Origin: Phoronis australis
Taxonomy: Eukaryota > Animalia > Phoronida
NCBI GenBank assembly: GCA_002633005.1
Contig: NMRA01000458.1
Span: forward strand, 124,001-188,000
Reading direction: 5' to 3'
Length of the DNA stretch: 64,000 nt
The notes below the pieces were generated by a model. It did no database searches. It was not told the DNA's origin and saw nothing but the letters and a program-made list of their open reading frames with translations. This document shows positions 1 to 13,315 of this stretch, in pieces. Each line of letters starts with the position of its first letter. Position 1 is the first letter of the stretch. A program made the translations under genes and the position numbers.

Positions 1-907
1 ACAAAATTAGTGTCATCAAAAAGTGTAATTCACCTTGGTTAAACTAAACTATTTAATGGTGTTAGAAAAATGAGCATTCTACTGTTATTCTACTGCTAGA
101 GTTAGCATATTCACCTTTTGGTTAGTTTCTTTTTTCTGCGATTTCTCCAATCACTTTTTTTTCTTCCACGAGGTTGCTGCGAAACTACCATCAACTCCTG
201 AGAGATGTTGCAAAAAAATTCAAGAAATGGCTTGTGCGAGTGTCAGGAATGTTTTAAACATGCACAGTGATGCAATTAAAACAGAAATGACTAAATTCAC
301 AATTTTGTTGACGGAATGAAGGACTCATCTGAAAAAATATTGATTGTGGGAATATTTGTTCATTAAGTTGGAAGGATTTAAACATGGTAGCTTATTTTGA
401 TTTGTTAGAACTCAAGTATACAATCCCTGAGTTAAGTAGGGACCAGTGCGTATACAAGTACATACTAACCTAGATGTGCCTTAAGTCTGGCGAGGTTCAC
501 AGTCTGGACAGTATATCACATGTCAATTGCCGTGATTGGTTGCTGCTTGACCTTCAATTTGAGTCATTCAGTGTCATAGGTAATCGAAGATTAAACAGCA
601 AGTAAATATATGCCTCACATCGTAGCAAACATAGGTAGAGCAACTGGTGATCACAACTTCTCCAAAACAGGTTTCGTTCTTAAGAGCGCTGTCCTGGTCA
701 CCTGTTCGAAATTACAATGACTGACTTTGGTAAAAGTAAATTCATTCTTTTAGGAGTGTTGTGTCCTAGTAAAATAAGAAACACAAAACGAGGTGTATGA
801 AATAGAGTGCCTGACATTCTTGAAGCCTTGGGAGGTACGCACTGGTAGTAATGGCAGTCCTTTGATGCTGATGTTGTAGTGTTTTTTTTTTTGTAGACCA
901 CCTTATA

Positions 908-3582
908 ATGACATCCACAGCAGTCACAACCAGCACGACATCCTCGACAACCTCTGGGGCTACTAAAACTCTCAGTTTGAGTGAAACCATACGGCAAATA
1001 GAAGCACAAATAAAGGTATTGAACTTTTTGTTTGGTAAACATCTTAAGAGCATACTAGTATTGTGTTTTCTTCTTTGCTTCATGATTTTTAAGTCGTACT
1101 TTCGCACATACATCCTCATATGGGGTATTAGTGTCAGTTACAAAAAAAAAAATTAAAACTGTAACATTACAATCTATAAGTCATATTTGACACCCTGGAA
1201 GTTCCAGAAATATGGGTAAATTTGTAACGATTTGTCAACCTCACACAGTAGTTGATTCACATGGTAACAATGTCTACAAGACTTGTTTCTGTACTTGGTT
1301 TAAACCACGTGGATTTTCAATGAAGAAGAGGTTCAAAATCACATAAAAGTGATCATCTTTTCGGCCGACTGTAACTCCACTTTACACACCTCAAGCTTAT
1401 TGAAGTGTTAGTTCTCAACTTAATATTTCCCTCCAAACAAGGTTTGGAACGGTGTGTCAAGTTGGAAGTCAAAAGGGTTTGAAATGAAAAAATATGTGTA
1501 CTCTCTTATAGCCAATATCAAAGCAATAAAACCCAAATCAGATTTACAAATTTAGAAACGTAAAAGTATTACAGTGTAGAATTTTACAAAGATGAGTGAA
1601 GAAACCATTCAAATGTCAGAATTCTTTTGAAAGTTGAACTAAAGATTATGGATTTAGACGGAATACATTGTTAGTGACCATGGTGTTTTATATTGCAACT
1701 GTTTTTACAGCTGTTTGGGAATGGACCACACACTACAAAGCAGAAGGAAGATCTGAACAAATTGAACATGCTTTTACAAAAAGCCAAAGTTGAACAGCAC
1801 AAGGTAATTGAAGCAGAGTTCTCCTTTGCAAAATAAAAAATTGTGTATTGTCTGTGTCATGTTTTCGTATCCTAATTTCCTTTTCGTAAATTCAGAAAAA
1901 CCACAATTAGTTACTCATTATTTTCACTCAGTCTGTTTGTCACTATCATTTTCAGTGCAAAATAATAGAAATAAGTTCCACTATGCTACACTATTTCTTT
2001 TGTCTTTATCTCGGACTTTTCAGATATGGCTTCAGATTTTTAACAGAGCTCTGGGCTTTTCAAAGATGGCTCAAGATTTTAAACGTAGCTCAGGGCTTTT
2101 CAAATGTGGCTCAAGTATTTCAAATATGTTGCAACACGATGTTTGAACACATGTAGAAAGAACACTGCTGAAGTGACTAGCGCTGGATTGTATGGTCTAT
2201 GTGTTTGCATGAGTTTGTGAGGGTTGTTCTTTTCGCAGAATTTTGCTTCAGTTCACCTCTCATAAAAGATGCGTTTGTGCCACCACATGTAGAGCTACTA
2301 GTCCAACTGTCTGCCTCAAGGCAACAATGGCTGGCCAGACAGTGGAAGTTAAGTTATGAAAATAAGACATCGATTGAATGAATTAGACGATTCTTCTTGC
2401 TTTGAAATGAATCGTCAGCTCAGCTAGCGTTCACTTGAGACAGACTGTTGAGCTCGTAGCACTGCCTGCAGTGGCCCTTAGCAAATTTATCACATCAACA
2501 TAGATTTTTTTCAAGAATTATCAAGATGAACATGTTGGGCAGATTTCAGTGGGAAGCCATAACAGGTCAGTGGCAAACTATGCATGTGTAAACAATGCAA
2601 ACATCCACAGCTCTTTCAGAAGTCCAAGTCTGCCTCGGTTTGCAATGTGGATATTAAACCGTTAAAATTAACTGCCCAGTCAAGGTGCTCTTGTTTTACT
2701 CAACTCTTTGACTTGTTTAATGGTCATTACAGGCCATTGTGGGAGCCAAGGCTGGAGAAGCTGGACAGTCCGATGGAGGCTCCACGTTTACAACTGTCCA
2801 GTCCACTGTGCCTTCGATGAGGACATTTGCTGTGGCCAACACACCATTGACGATCGCAGGTGAAACCAAAGTATTGGACAAACGGCGACTACAAGAACTT
2901 GTGCGTGAAGTTGACCCCTTAGAGCAACTGGATGATGATGTTGAAGAGGTGAGAGGATGGCACAAGTCTTTTCATTGGTACCACAGTACAGCTTTGTGTT
3001 TGTATTTGTGTTTGTAATGCCTTGTTGTGGAGGTTAAAGACTGTAAGTCACCTGAAGCAATGACTATGAAAGCTACTACAGTTTCAAACTTTTTTTGTGG
3101 CTTTGAACTGATTTGAAACCTATGGTGGTCAAACTGCATGCTGTCTTTCAGGTACTTCTACAAGTGGCGGATGACTTTATTGATAATGTTGTCAATGCAG
3201 CCTGTCAGATTGCCAAGCACAGGAAATCCAACACACTTGAAGTCAAAGATGTTCAACTACACTTAGGTAAGAAAGAAATGTTTTAATCACTCTTTATTTC
3301 ATTTTAATCAGTGTTTGATGGACATTGCTTTCTGGAAAGAACATGACCGTTCAAAGTGCCATGAGACAACTGCCCCCCTTTAAAGAATTTGCGTTGATTG
3401 AATATCAAGGCTTTGCACTACTTTTGTTGTCCAAAATGCTATTGACTTTTGCAGAACGCAACTGGAACATGTACATCCCTGGCTTTGGCACTGAAGAGCT
3501 TAGACCATACAAGAGGGCAGCACCAACCGAGGCCCACAAACAGAGAATGGCGCTAATACGGAAGACAATGAAAAAGTTTTAA
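908..3582 (+). CDS. TAF12: TFIID subunit 12 (histone fold), 5 coding exons, about 219 aa
   Basis: Exons 908-1015, 1711-1803, 2733-2948, 3152-3266 and 3455-3582 are all GT-AG and in frame (660 nt). They encode the TAF12 motifs [76 protein letters not shown] and [20 protein letters not shown]. The two N-terminal exons are less certain. Confidence 0.93.
2026..2125. repeat. Imperfect 40-bp tandem repeat (about 2.5 copies) in a TAF12 intron
   Basis: atggcttcagatttt, atggctcaagatttt and gtggctcaagtattt start at 2026, 2066 and 2106. Confidence 0.7.
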
Positions 3583-5936
3583 TTGCATAAACATTTTCAT
3601 CTGACGTGTGTGCATTCCAAGACAGCATAACATTTTTTGGCACAACGGCTGATCATCACGGAAGCTCCATTTCATAATCTTATATGTATTAAGTCTGGCT
3701 AAAGGAGTTAAGGGAGTCTAGAATCAGTGCTGCTTCATCCATGACATCTCCAGCCATTTGGCTGTCAATGAAGATTTTGGTACTTCTCATGGATGGCATC
3801 AGGACATACATAGGTAACTTGCGCAGTAGTAAAGTTATTATTCTTTCACCATCTGGTTATATATGGAGGTTTCTACTACTGCTTGGGGGTAGCAGTTGAG
3901 TGTCTTGTACAATGAACTTGTGGCCTCAAGAACAAGAAAAGAATAGCATTTTTGGGGTAATGTGACTGAAAGGGATGGAAGTAAAGAGCTTGTTGGCCAT
4001 GTGAAGTGTCAGTTATTAAAAATATTTCAGTTGTTCTATAAATGTAAGTGTAAAAGATTAGAGAAGGGTTTAGGTTGTGTTAACAATGTGCTGCATCCCT
4101 TGTTCATTGAATTTTTGAAAAGCATTTTGAGATAGACTTAGAAGGGAGTTTTTCATTCCCCCAGGCTGTAGATGTCTGTAGCAATACTCTAGCTGTTTTT
4201 GGAAACTTGTTTTCAAATCTGTGCATTATGAATTCAAGAGAATCTTGTACAAATCTCTCTGATGTTGTACAGTATGAATTAATCTCGTTTTTGAAAGGAC
4301 TAACTTCAATGTTAAACTTCAGAATACTATGATGTTTCTGTGTAAGTCATTGTTGACAATTTTTGTTTCAAATGAAGAATTGTACAGTTGTAATTTTGTG
4401 ATTGAAGTCGTTTATCCGGGGTATACATACAAATGGGTCACTTTGCAACACCCAGTAACAAAAACTGACAGGCGAATGTTCATGGAAGGTTTCAATTCAA
4501 AGAGAAGACCAAAGTATTATGTATTCAGGAAAATTGTTCTAAAATAGTCCCTTGTCTTGTAGGTAATGGTGCGTTATTTATTCAAAAAAACTGATGTCTG
4601 CTTGCTCATGCTGCTGTATAATTCCATTAATGATTTTCACTTTAACAATTATATATTCTTGTTTAGACCCATGCACTTATATGCATAATAATGCATTTTT
4701 TTCTCAAAAAATTCTTGGAAAGGCGAATGCACTTTTACTTCTATCACTTGTTTATTGGCACAGTTTAAATTGGGTGTTTTCTGTGTCTTTTGTCCATTCT
4801 TTGCTATTTCCTTTTAAATGATTATTTTTAAGTGAATATGGGCCATTACATCTATCATTTTGTTCTGAGTTAGTCTTGTTTCTCTCCGTTATTTTAAATG
4901 TTGCCTCTTGTGTTTTGTTCATTGCATTTCAAATACGGGTGTGTGGGTCTAAACACAGACATTAGGGTAATGTTACATTAAATTCATGGTAATTGCAACC
5001 CTCCTGTGGAGGAGTCAAGTTTCTCTCAAATGCTATTTAAAAATTTAGGTCCTTGGTTTTTGCTCATTAAAGTATTTCGTGCAGGCGTATCAACGCACAT
5101 GAGCTGTATAGGAGTCTACACTCCCCCCCCCCCCACTATTCCCCTCCCTCTGGAGGTCGTCAAGTCTTGTCAATATTTTAGGCAAGAAAATAAAGGATCT
5201 TATCGAACCCTTCGGAGTTGACATTTGATGGATGATGCCTGGCTTGGCGAGCTCAAACGCTGCACAAGGTTTTATTAAAGTGCCTGAAATCGTTTTTTTT
5301 TTTATCACTTGGTGTATCATGGTTTGCATTCAAACACTTTAAAGTAATATTTTGGTGAAGTGCAATACAGTGGTGTCGTTTTAAGGTTATTTTGCACCTT
5401 ATCTACAAGTCTGTATTTAGTCAAATACAAAAAATTATAGATTTGAACTCTGTAGAATTATAGTTTCTGAAAGACGAAAGCCTGTAGATTTTGATTTAAT
5501 CCTAATAACAATCTGGCATTAATTGGGTCACCTCATTTGTCTTGTTTCTTAAAACTTGGCAAAAAGAAGCTAAGGTATATTCTTAGAAAACAGGGTAACA
5601 GTGACATGACGACCAAATTCCATTTGATCTAAATGTTTTGATGATAGCTCACGCTGTTCTAAAGTTTCAAGTTTTGATTTATTTCGGAAAATCATCAAAA
5701 TACTGTGATCATAGCTCTCACCCAAAAGAGGAACATTTTAAAATTTGATACAGCGAAAATTATAAATCTTTATCGAACTTGCTTGAGAATTATAAGTCAA
5801 GTTTGGCCGGACGGTGTCGACTAGTTCAAGCTTCTGTGTTAATTTGGCAACTAGTTGAATAATAATCTCCATCCTTACAAACAATTATTGTTCAGTTTAA
5901 AATTTATTGCTCATTGCTTCGTATTCTTCTCGGAGC

Positions 5937-8900
5937 TTATGTAAGTGTTTGTTCGTACATATTCCTGATTTCTTTAGCCAAAGGGTCGTCTCTTAAAGTC
6001 ACATTCGAACTATTCCCGACAAGCGTGTTGGTCGACATGTCTGGAGAATATTTGGAAGCGGGTGGATTGCGTCCGTATTCCGTAGCTAATGCGCGCAAAT
6101 AATGACTGCATGATCCGCAGCAAAGTCCGATGTACTGGACACCTAGATTTTTGGCTTCCTTGGCGAAGTTGACGATATCGTCTCTGGAGGAAGAAACACA
6201 GGAGAGATTGATGGGGTAAAGAGCCTTGCCATCTCTCGGGTCTCGAAGGGTGTGGTAGCTCAGACTTTCCGGAGTTGTGCGGAAACAGACCGGTAATGCA
6301 GCCAGCGGCCCCTGAAAAAGACACGACCATAATTGAGAAGTTTACATATTTAAATAATTTCTTTGGAAGTGGACTAATCCGAGAAGTATACTTTTAACAG
6401 AACGTGAGCTCGCAGTTAGTAACCAGTTTCCGTAAAATCTGTCATTAGTGGCAGATTTAAAGGGTAAGTGAAGGCTAACGATGACACGGAAATAATTATT
6501 GGCATTTACAGTGTTGCGGCTAATCGTGAGCTTGTTCTTTTGCACTCGCCAACGAGTGGGGGCAGATATCACAAAGTAGGAAGTGCAGGGGCCCATATGA
6601 CATGCTGTAAACATCCCGTTTAAATGAGATGATGATCGATTTATCGATTTGGAGAAGTGTTTTGAATTTATTTAATGTCACCTTGTGAGCCCAACCGGTT
6701 TTATCCACATTTCATTCTCATCTGTGTTTGTACTTTCCATTTTCTTTTTGGGACATGAAAACTGAAAGACATCATAAAATCTGAATAGCTGGTTTCTGAA
6801 TTTTTAAAATTGGTCTAATGTTAACGATTTTGTCGACAAAAAATCCGTTGCTTTGAGCTATTCATTGGAAAGTGGTTCTCAAGCATGGCTTATGATTTAA
6901 TATACTGCATAACTCACTGGGCCTGAAAGAGAGTGGATAAAACTGGTTTTGATGATGGAATTTTGTTTGAAGGGCAATTCCACAACACCGATATCCTAGA
7001 TATCCCCCAATGCTCGAGTCACTCGATGATAAGTGGTAGTGAATCCATATTAGCGTGGTAAACTTGCAATCTAGTAAAATGGTGCCCTGGATGTTACCCC
7101 CATGACTGATTTGATGCGTCTTAAAAATAACGGCCTGAATATGCATCTTTTGGAAAATCTAGTTACTTTTGACATTTCGACAACGTATGAAGCAGTGTAG
7201 CCCTAGATTAAATACTCCGAGATGTATTAAACTTTATGGTGAAGGCCAATATTTAGTTGTTCAAGAATTATAATGTTAGCATGTTACAGATGTTGCGCAG
7301 ATCTAACTGCAGGTAATAACGTAGTAGGTTGAAAAAACTACATGGTCACTCAGCTGCTACTCAGTCCACGTAGCAAAGTCTTGGAAAATTACTGGTGTCC
7401 TGGTTCAAACCGACGCGCAAACAATTTATCAGACATTTCTCAGTTTCAGACGTTCTGTTCCCTGGTGTACCATCGCGTCCGATATTCGGATCAGAATTTC
7501 TAAAACAAAGTCACTCCCTTGTTAACGTACGTTTGAATTGAAATAGATAGCAACAATGTATCAATAATTAAATCGTCTGGATTACCCTCATATTGTCTTG
7601 GCAAATGAAACAAATCCGCCGAGACAACCAACTGAAATACTATGCTTGGTCTGAAGCGAAAACGACATGCCATTGGACATCGTTTCTAATCTGAGTAAGG
7701 AACAAGATGAGACCGCCGAATTTTACAGCAATAAGTGTGGCATAAATCAATTTGTTTTGGACAGAATATGGGGATTTATTGGCCCTTCTGATCACTAATG
7801 TCCTACCTTATAAGACTGCCGAACAGATTTAATCAACGGTAACATCGTTTCCGGTCCGCGGCCGCAGTTGAAGCCAACAACAGCCGCCCCCGCGTCCTTC
7901 AATCTCGTCAGAGCTTCATCAAATGGAACACCATCGAATGTGGCATCTTCCAGGGGTGTTGTTAAAGTAACCACGGCAGGTGTCCCTACGAGCACGTCAA
8001 ATTACTACTGATAGGTGTATCTTGTTAATGAATAAGTACAAAGCACCAGTGCTTAAAATGGTTAAAACGGTATGAGCGAATTACGTATTGTCTACGCATT
8101 AGGTAACCTTAAACGTCCTAGTGAACAGTAGAAAGTGATGTAAACTAACGATGAAAACGCCTTTTAAAGTGGATTGCTTTAAAAAGCATGAAAACGGCTA
8201 ACCCCAGAAGAAAATTAAATGTTAATGTGAGTTGAGAACCTTAGACCGCAACGCAATAAGCTGGCACTTGCGACAAGAGATTTTCCATATTGAAACTGTG
8301 AATTCTGGGCCCAGTTGCATACGCTGCCAAGCAACAATGACGCTGCATTATCACGCGTCACGTTGTTATTGTTGTTGAATGATAAACCTAACGTCATGCA
8401 ACAATCACACTTATCCAGCGGATTATTTTGAAGTTTTATGCAACCCAGCCCAGATCTGTAACTCATGAATACCATATCCCCCAACTCAACACTTCAAAGC
8501 CTCCGACCAGGATGAGTTTAATAACTGTCTTGCGGCGAGAAAAAAATCTTCCCAAAATCAAGTTCTCATTCAAAATAAACGGCAATATCTCGCTTAAGTC
8601 TAGCCAGCCAGCTAGCTGTATGATGACTGTCGTCAAAATATTTATATACAGCTTTGTACCAAGGCTAGCTTAAGTCTCGCTATTTAGCATGGTCCTAGCG
8701 AGGTCCTGATGTTACCCAGATCATTTCAAAGGCCGGCCATTATGTCGCTAGGTCAGGCGAGTAAGCACCCGAGAAACATTTGCGAAACCATTTAAACGCT
8801 TGATATGGCGAGGTCTTTCTACGCAAGAAACTTGATCTACACAATGCTCTATTGCTCACACTGGGGCAAAACCTGGTAGGTCTATATAGATATGACTTTA

Positions 8901-11900
8901 TGATTAAATACATTAACTAGAAACCGTGTAGACTTTATTATTGTTTTTCACAAATCGTATAAAAAGGGGAAAATTTAGGATGAAGGAAAACGTGACCACT
9001 ACCATGGCAATGTTGCTTCTCTCTTCAATTGGCTCCACAGGTGCAAGTGTTATACTCACAGTATAAACTTCTCATCTTTTATGTCGATGTGTCTGTCACA
9101 TGTCTGTCAAAATATGACTTAAATGTTTACAGGCTCTGGTTTGTTCCCCAACTCACGATTTGTCGTTTGAAGTACAAAAAGACGTCCGGAGTTTTCGACT
9201 TATAAAAATTACAAATACTACCAGTGCTAATGAGATAAATATATATAGCTCATTGATCAGTGCTAATATGCCTGACCCGGCCCACTATAGCCCTAGTTTC
9301 CAGTTTCCTGGCGGCGGAAAACGATACTATGACAGAAGTAACAGAACTGCCTGCTCTTAGCAAGAGATTTTACATTGTACCATTTCCGTATTTCTGTACA
9401 GCCTCTAACGCAAGCATTGCCTCGCCGAAGTAAGCCATTGTTTCTACAACGATGAAGTCCACACCTCCTTGCACGAACCACAAGACTTGTTCCTGTAATA
9501 AATAATATCACGTGTCTAATACGGAGACAACGATGTGACGCTTGTCGTTAACATCGGCACTAATGAGGCAAGCGACACAGGCAATCTCGGGTGGTACGAA
9601 GCCTCGTCCAAATTGAGGCCAGTAGCAGAGAGGTCCAGCCTGACATAATGCATTCGAAGCCTTCTGGGATTACACTACTAACTATCAATTATGCTTCGTA
9701 AAAGTACAAAAAAAAATCCAGCAATATATAAGAGACATATGCTTTGATACCTGAATACTAAGCTTGCCAGTTACATTCATTTAGCGCACCTGTTGTAACG
9801 GTTGCTGATGAGTCAATGATCTTGAGTGTTTTTATTAGAGCAACATCAATAGCCAAAAGCTATCGCTTAGAATAGTTTTCTTATGTTCATTTTTAAGTGT
9901 TTTACATGCTTTTGGTAGTTTTGTGATGGATAATACCTTAAACATAGATTCGCACAAGGCTTGTGTCGACGTGTCATCAGATTTGTAACGGTTGGTGTTA
10001 CAAAGACTAGCGGATAAAAGTGCACCGGTATCTTTGGCCACTTGGCGAGCAATTTGGAGAGCTTGCTTGTTCAGTTTCTCCAATTCGTCCTCCCTGCCGA
10101 TAACACGCATTTTTTCGCGATGTGCAAAATACTGTAAAACAAGTATACCTATCGTAATCTGATTAGTTTTGCGCAACGTAGTGAACGGTGTCTTCAAAGA
10201 TTGTATGTAAGACAACTTTTGATTTAGACCGCCATAACTTGGTCTCAACTCGTTGCTCCTCACGCAGATGAAATGTTTTTAGTGGGCTTGCAAAGGGCTG
10301 TCAGTTCTTTGGAAGCTCTAAAATCCTCCCCAGTCCACTTTTCTTAAGGAACACAACTTGACCAATTCCACAACGGTAAGTGATCTAAATCAAGTATTGA
10401 TTAGTGATGAAAGGTGGATGCTTAGCATTTGAAACAATGTGAAGGTGATGTTACCACGCTAGTATCGAAGTTCACGCGACAGACGTACCGTAAATGCCAA
10501 GACGACATCACTTCCGGCATGAACGAACTCCTCGTGAAGTGCTTTGACTACTTCCGGTTTCGCAAGTACTACCTCCGGTGTGAATGCACCCGATTTCGCA
10601 TATCCTCTCTTCTCCAACTCCCATAGGTAACCTTCGGCAACAATGATGATCTCTCCAGAGTTAACTCTTTCTACAAGTCCTGTAACAGGTATATTTAGGC
10701 CTGTAGAAGTCCACCAACAATACATCAATCAGGGGCGGATCTACGTTTTCAGTAAGGGGGGGGTTTAGGATTCCCGCAAAGGTCGAATCCTAGGCGCGTG
10801 GCGCCGAGAGGGGGGAGGGGGTCGGGACGGGGGGTTTCCCCCCTCCGTGTAAAACAATTTTTTGTTTTTGTAGCCAAATAGTGAAATTTCCATGCATCCT
10901 GGTAAGTTTCTGGCACTTAACATGTCTCTTGAGTTTTTCTTAAGATAATTTAAAATCCTTCTCGATTTCGTCGCATGAACGTGGCTCATAAGTTTCGTGA
11001 AACCATATTTGTGCACATCTGGGTATGAGTCGCGCCACCAGCAAAAATTTTTGTTGGAACATCTGCTTATACACACCTTTTTAGCATGCGAAAAGTCGTA
11101 TATGNNNNNNNNNNNNNNNNNNNNNNNNNNNNNNNNNNNNNNNNNNNNNNNNNNNNNNNNNNNNNNNNNNNNNNNNNNNNNNNNNNNNNNNNNNNNNNNN
11201 NNNNNNNNNNNNNNNNNNNNNNNNNNNNNNNNNNNNNNNNNNNNNNNNNNNNNNNNNNNNNNNNNNNNNNNNNNNNNNNNNNNNNNNNNNNNNNNNNNNN
11301 NNNNNNNNNNNNNNNNNNNNNNNNNNNNNNNNNNNNNNNNNNNNNNNNNNNNNNNNNNNNNNNNNNNNNNNNNNNNNNNNNNNNNNNNNNNNNNNNNNNN
11401 NNNNNNNNNNNNNNNNNNNNNNNNNNNNNNNNNNNNNNNNNNNNNNNNNNNNNNNNNNNNNNNNNNNNNNNNNNNNNNNNNNNNNNNNNNNNNNNNNNNN
11501 NNNNNNNNNNNNNNNNNNNNNNNNNNNNNNNNNNNNNNNNNNNNNNNNNNNNNNNNNNNNNNNNNNNNNNNNNNNNNNNNNNNNNNNNNNNNNNNNNNNN
11601 NNNNNNNNNNNNNNNNNNNNNNNNNNNNNNNNNNNNNNNNNNNNNNNNNNNNNNNNNNNNNNNNNNNNNNNNNNNNNNNNNNNNNNNNNNNNNNNNNNNN
11701 NNNNNNNNNNNNNNNNNNNNNNNNNNNNNNNNNNNNNNNNNNNNNNNNNNNNNNNNNNNNNNNNNNNNNNNNTGTAGGCTACACTGTATGTATTGCGCAA
11801 GACAACTTTACTATACACCAGTCAAATTCGAGTTACAAACGTGTAGGGTATAATGGAATGACAGATGAGGTAAAAACGTTGCACGTCAATTTGCCTGAAT

Positions 11901-13108
11901 ATCAGGGTTGCGGCACCACAGTATTTCCCCTAATCAAATCAAATTATATCTTAGAGTAAAGAAGCTAGTTATCTAAAGAAATCAGCTATAGAGCTGCTCT
12001 TTCAGCGGTGAATCCATCTAAAATGCTTGGCAACTTCAGAAGTGTCGACGGAAGCGCGCCCACAATTGATCTCCGCGCGTTTTGCCGATGATCCACGAAG
12101 ACTCAAAATGCGTTGATTTTCATAACAGCAATTTGCAATTCAAAAATTTATTTTTTCAGAGTGAACCCCCCCCTCATTTTTTTCCAAGTTGGTTTACTTG
12201 GGGTTTACACACGCTGGTGGTGTCGTTTTTGTTTTGGTGACGACGTTTTTGTTTTTTTTTTAATTTTGGGTCCTGGCCCAAGGGGGGGTTTAAACCCCTT
12301 GAACCCCCCCGTAGATCCGCCACTGATCAACTGAAAGTTGCGCACACACCCGGCCCCATCCACCAACCCATCGTTTCCAGTTTTTGTACGAAGACAAGTA
12401 GCTGACATTTGTAGGAAACTGCCCGGTCTCGGTGCAAATTTATTTAAATAACTCAGTTAATTCGGAATCGAAATTGCGTCACAATAAACAAAATTATTGT
12501 TTGCATAGCTGAAAGGTCAACGACGGAAGTTTTTGCTCCGGCTCTACCTAGGGCTGTAAAATTTAAAAAGACCTAATGTTCTGTCAACTGCAAAGGCAAA
12601 TTTTATTTTAAAACAGCTGTATCATTCCCTTCGATCCTCTCCTGAATGATTTTATATTTGCTAACGGTCCCACCCGGGCACTATCGTTCGGTATCAAAAT
12701 GTCCCATATCTTGACACGGCGAAAATTGACTGGTTATCATACTCCTATATTACTGCGATGACCTACACAGCATTGATCTATATTAAAACCTTCGACTGGA
12801 ATGAACATTCCTGATTCTACCCATGCCAAATGATGTCGTTTGGATTTCGCAAGCTATTGTTTAACTTGCGAGATCCATGCGGCAGGCGTAAGCGCGTCGC
12901 TATGATAATGCAAGTTAAGACGGTTTTAAAAAACTGCTTCGTCACCTCATAATGATATGGTTAAAATCTGTGAGCATATCACGAAACTGTTAATGTACAA
13001 ACGTCACAGATCTAACGTCATCCTTATCTACAGAAGTCTATAAAAACAAGTCACACAATAAAACCGCGTCTCGTAATAGGTTTTACCTTTCTTGCCTTTT
13101 ACTGACAT
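5937..13108 (-). CDS. BHMT: Betaine-homocysteine S-methyltransferase-like protein, copy 1; 6 exons, about 357 aa
   Basis: Exons 13108-13087 (MSVKGKKG; another in-frame ATG at 13126), 10679-10489, 10131-9937, 9492-9381, 7985-7807 and 6311-5937, all GT-AG with no frameshift. Motifs: [23 protein letters not shown], Zn-ligand cysteines in GFNCGRGP and YIGLCCG, and [11 protein letters not shown]. Confidence 0.9.
8601..8667. mobile_element. 67-bp micro-MITE in BHMT copy 1 intron 4
   Basis: Termini tagcc...ggcta, internal inverted repeat agctgtat/atacagct, and a 9-bp direct repeat gcttaagtc at 8592-8600 and 8668-8676. Confidence 0.6.
10730..12325. mobile_element. About 1.6-kb non-autonomous DNA transposon (CAGTGGCGGATCTAC family), copy A, in BHMT copy 1 intron 1
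   Basis: TIRs caggggcggatctacg / cgtagatccgccactg; flanks atcaat / atcaac; highly similar to 16063-17741 on both sides of the N gap. Confidence 0.85.
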
Positions 13109-13315
13109 ATCCTTCTTGTAGGTCATCAAACAGCATGCCGAATACTGGTCCCAGTGATTGATTTGTTCTTGAACCGCGATTGGGAGGTCAAGGATCACCT
13201 GAACATGGCACTCACTTCCTCAAATTTAAAGACATATAATAGTTTGAGACCAAAATAACTACTTTTCAACGAAAAGAATAGCACTGTATGAACCCGTAGA
13301 ACCGGAGTGTTATAT

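Noticed and set aside
698-1119. Minus-strand ORFs over the first TAF12 coding exon, and similar antisense ORFs over Ph and BHMT exons
   Set aside because: They are shadow frames of real exons with no recognisable motifs.
10997-11959. Long ORFs spanning 11-12 kb and 16.4-17.1 kb
   Set aside because: They are artefacts of N gaps translated as X.
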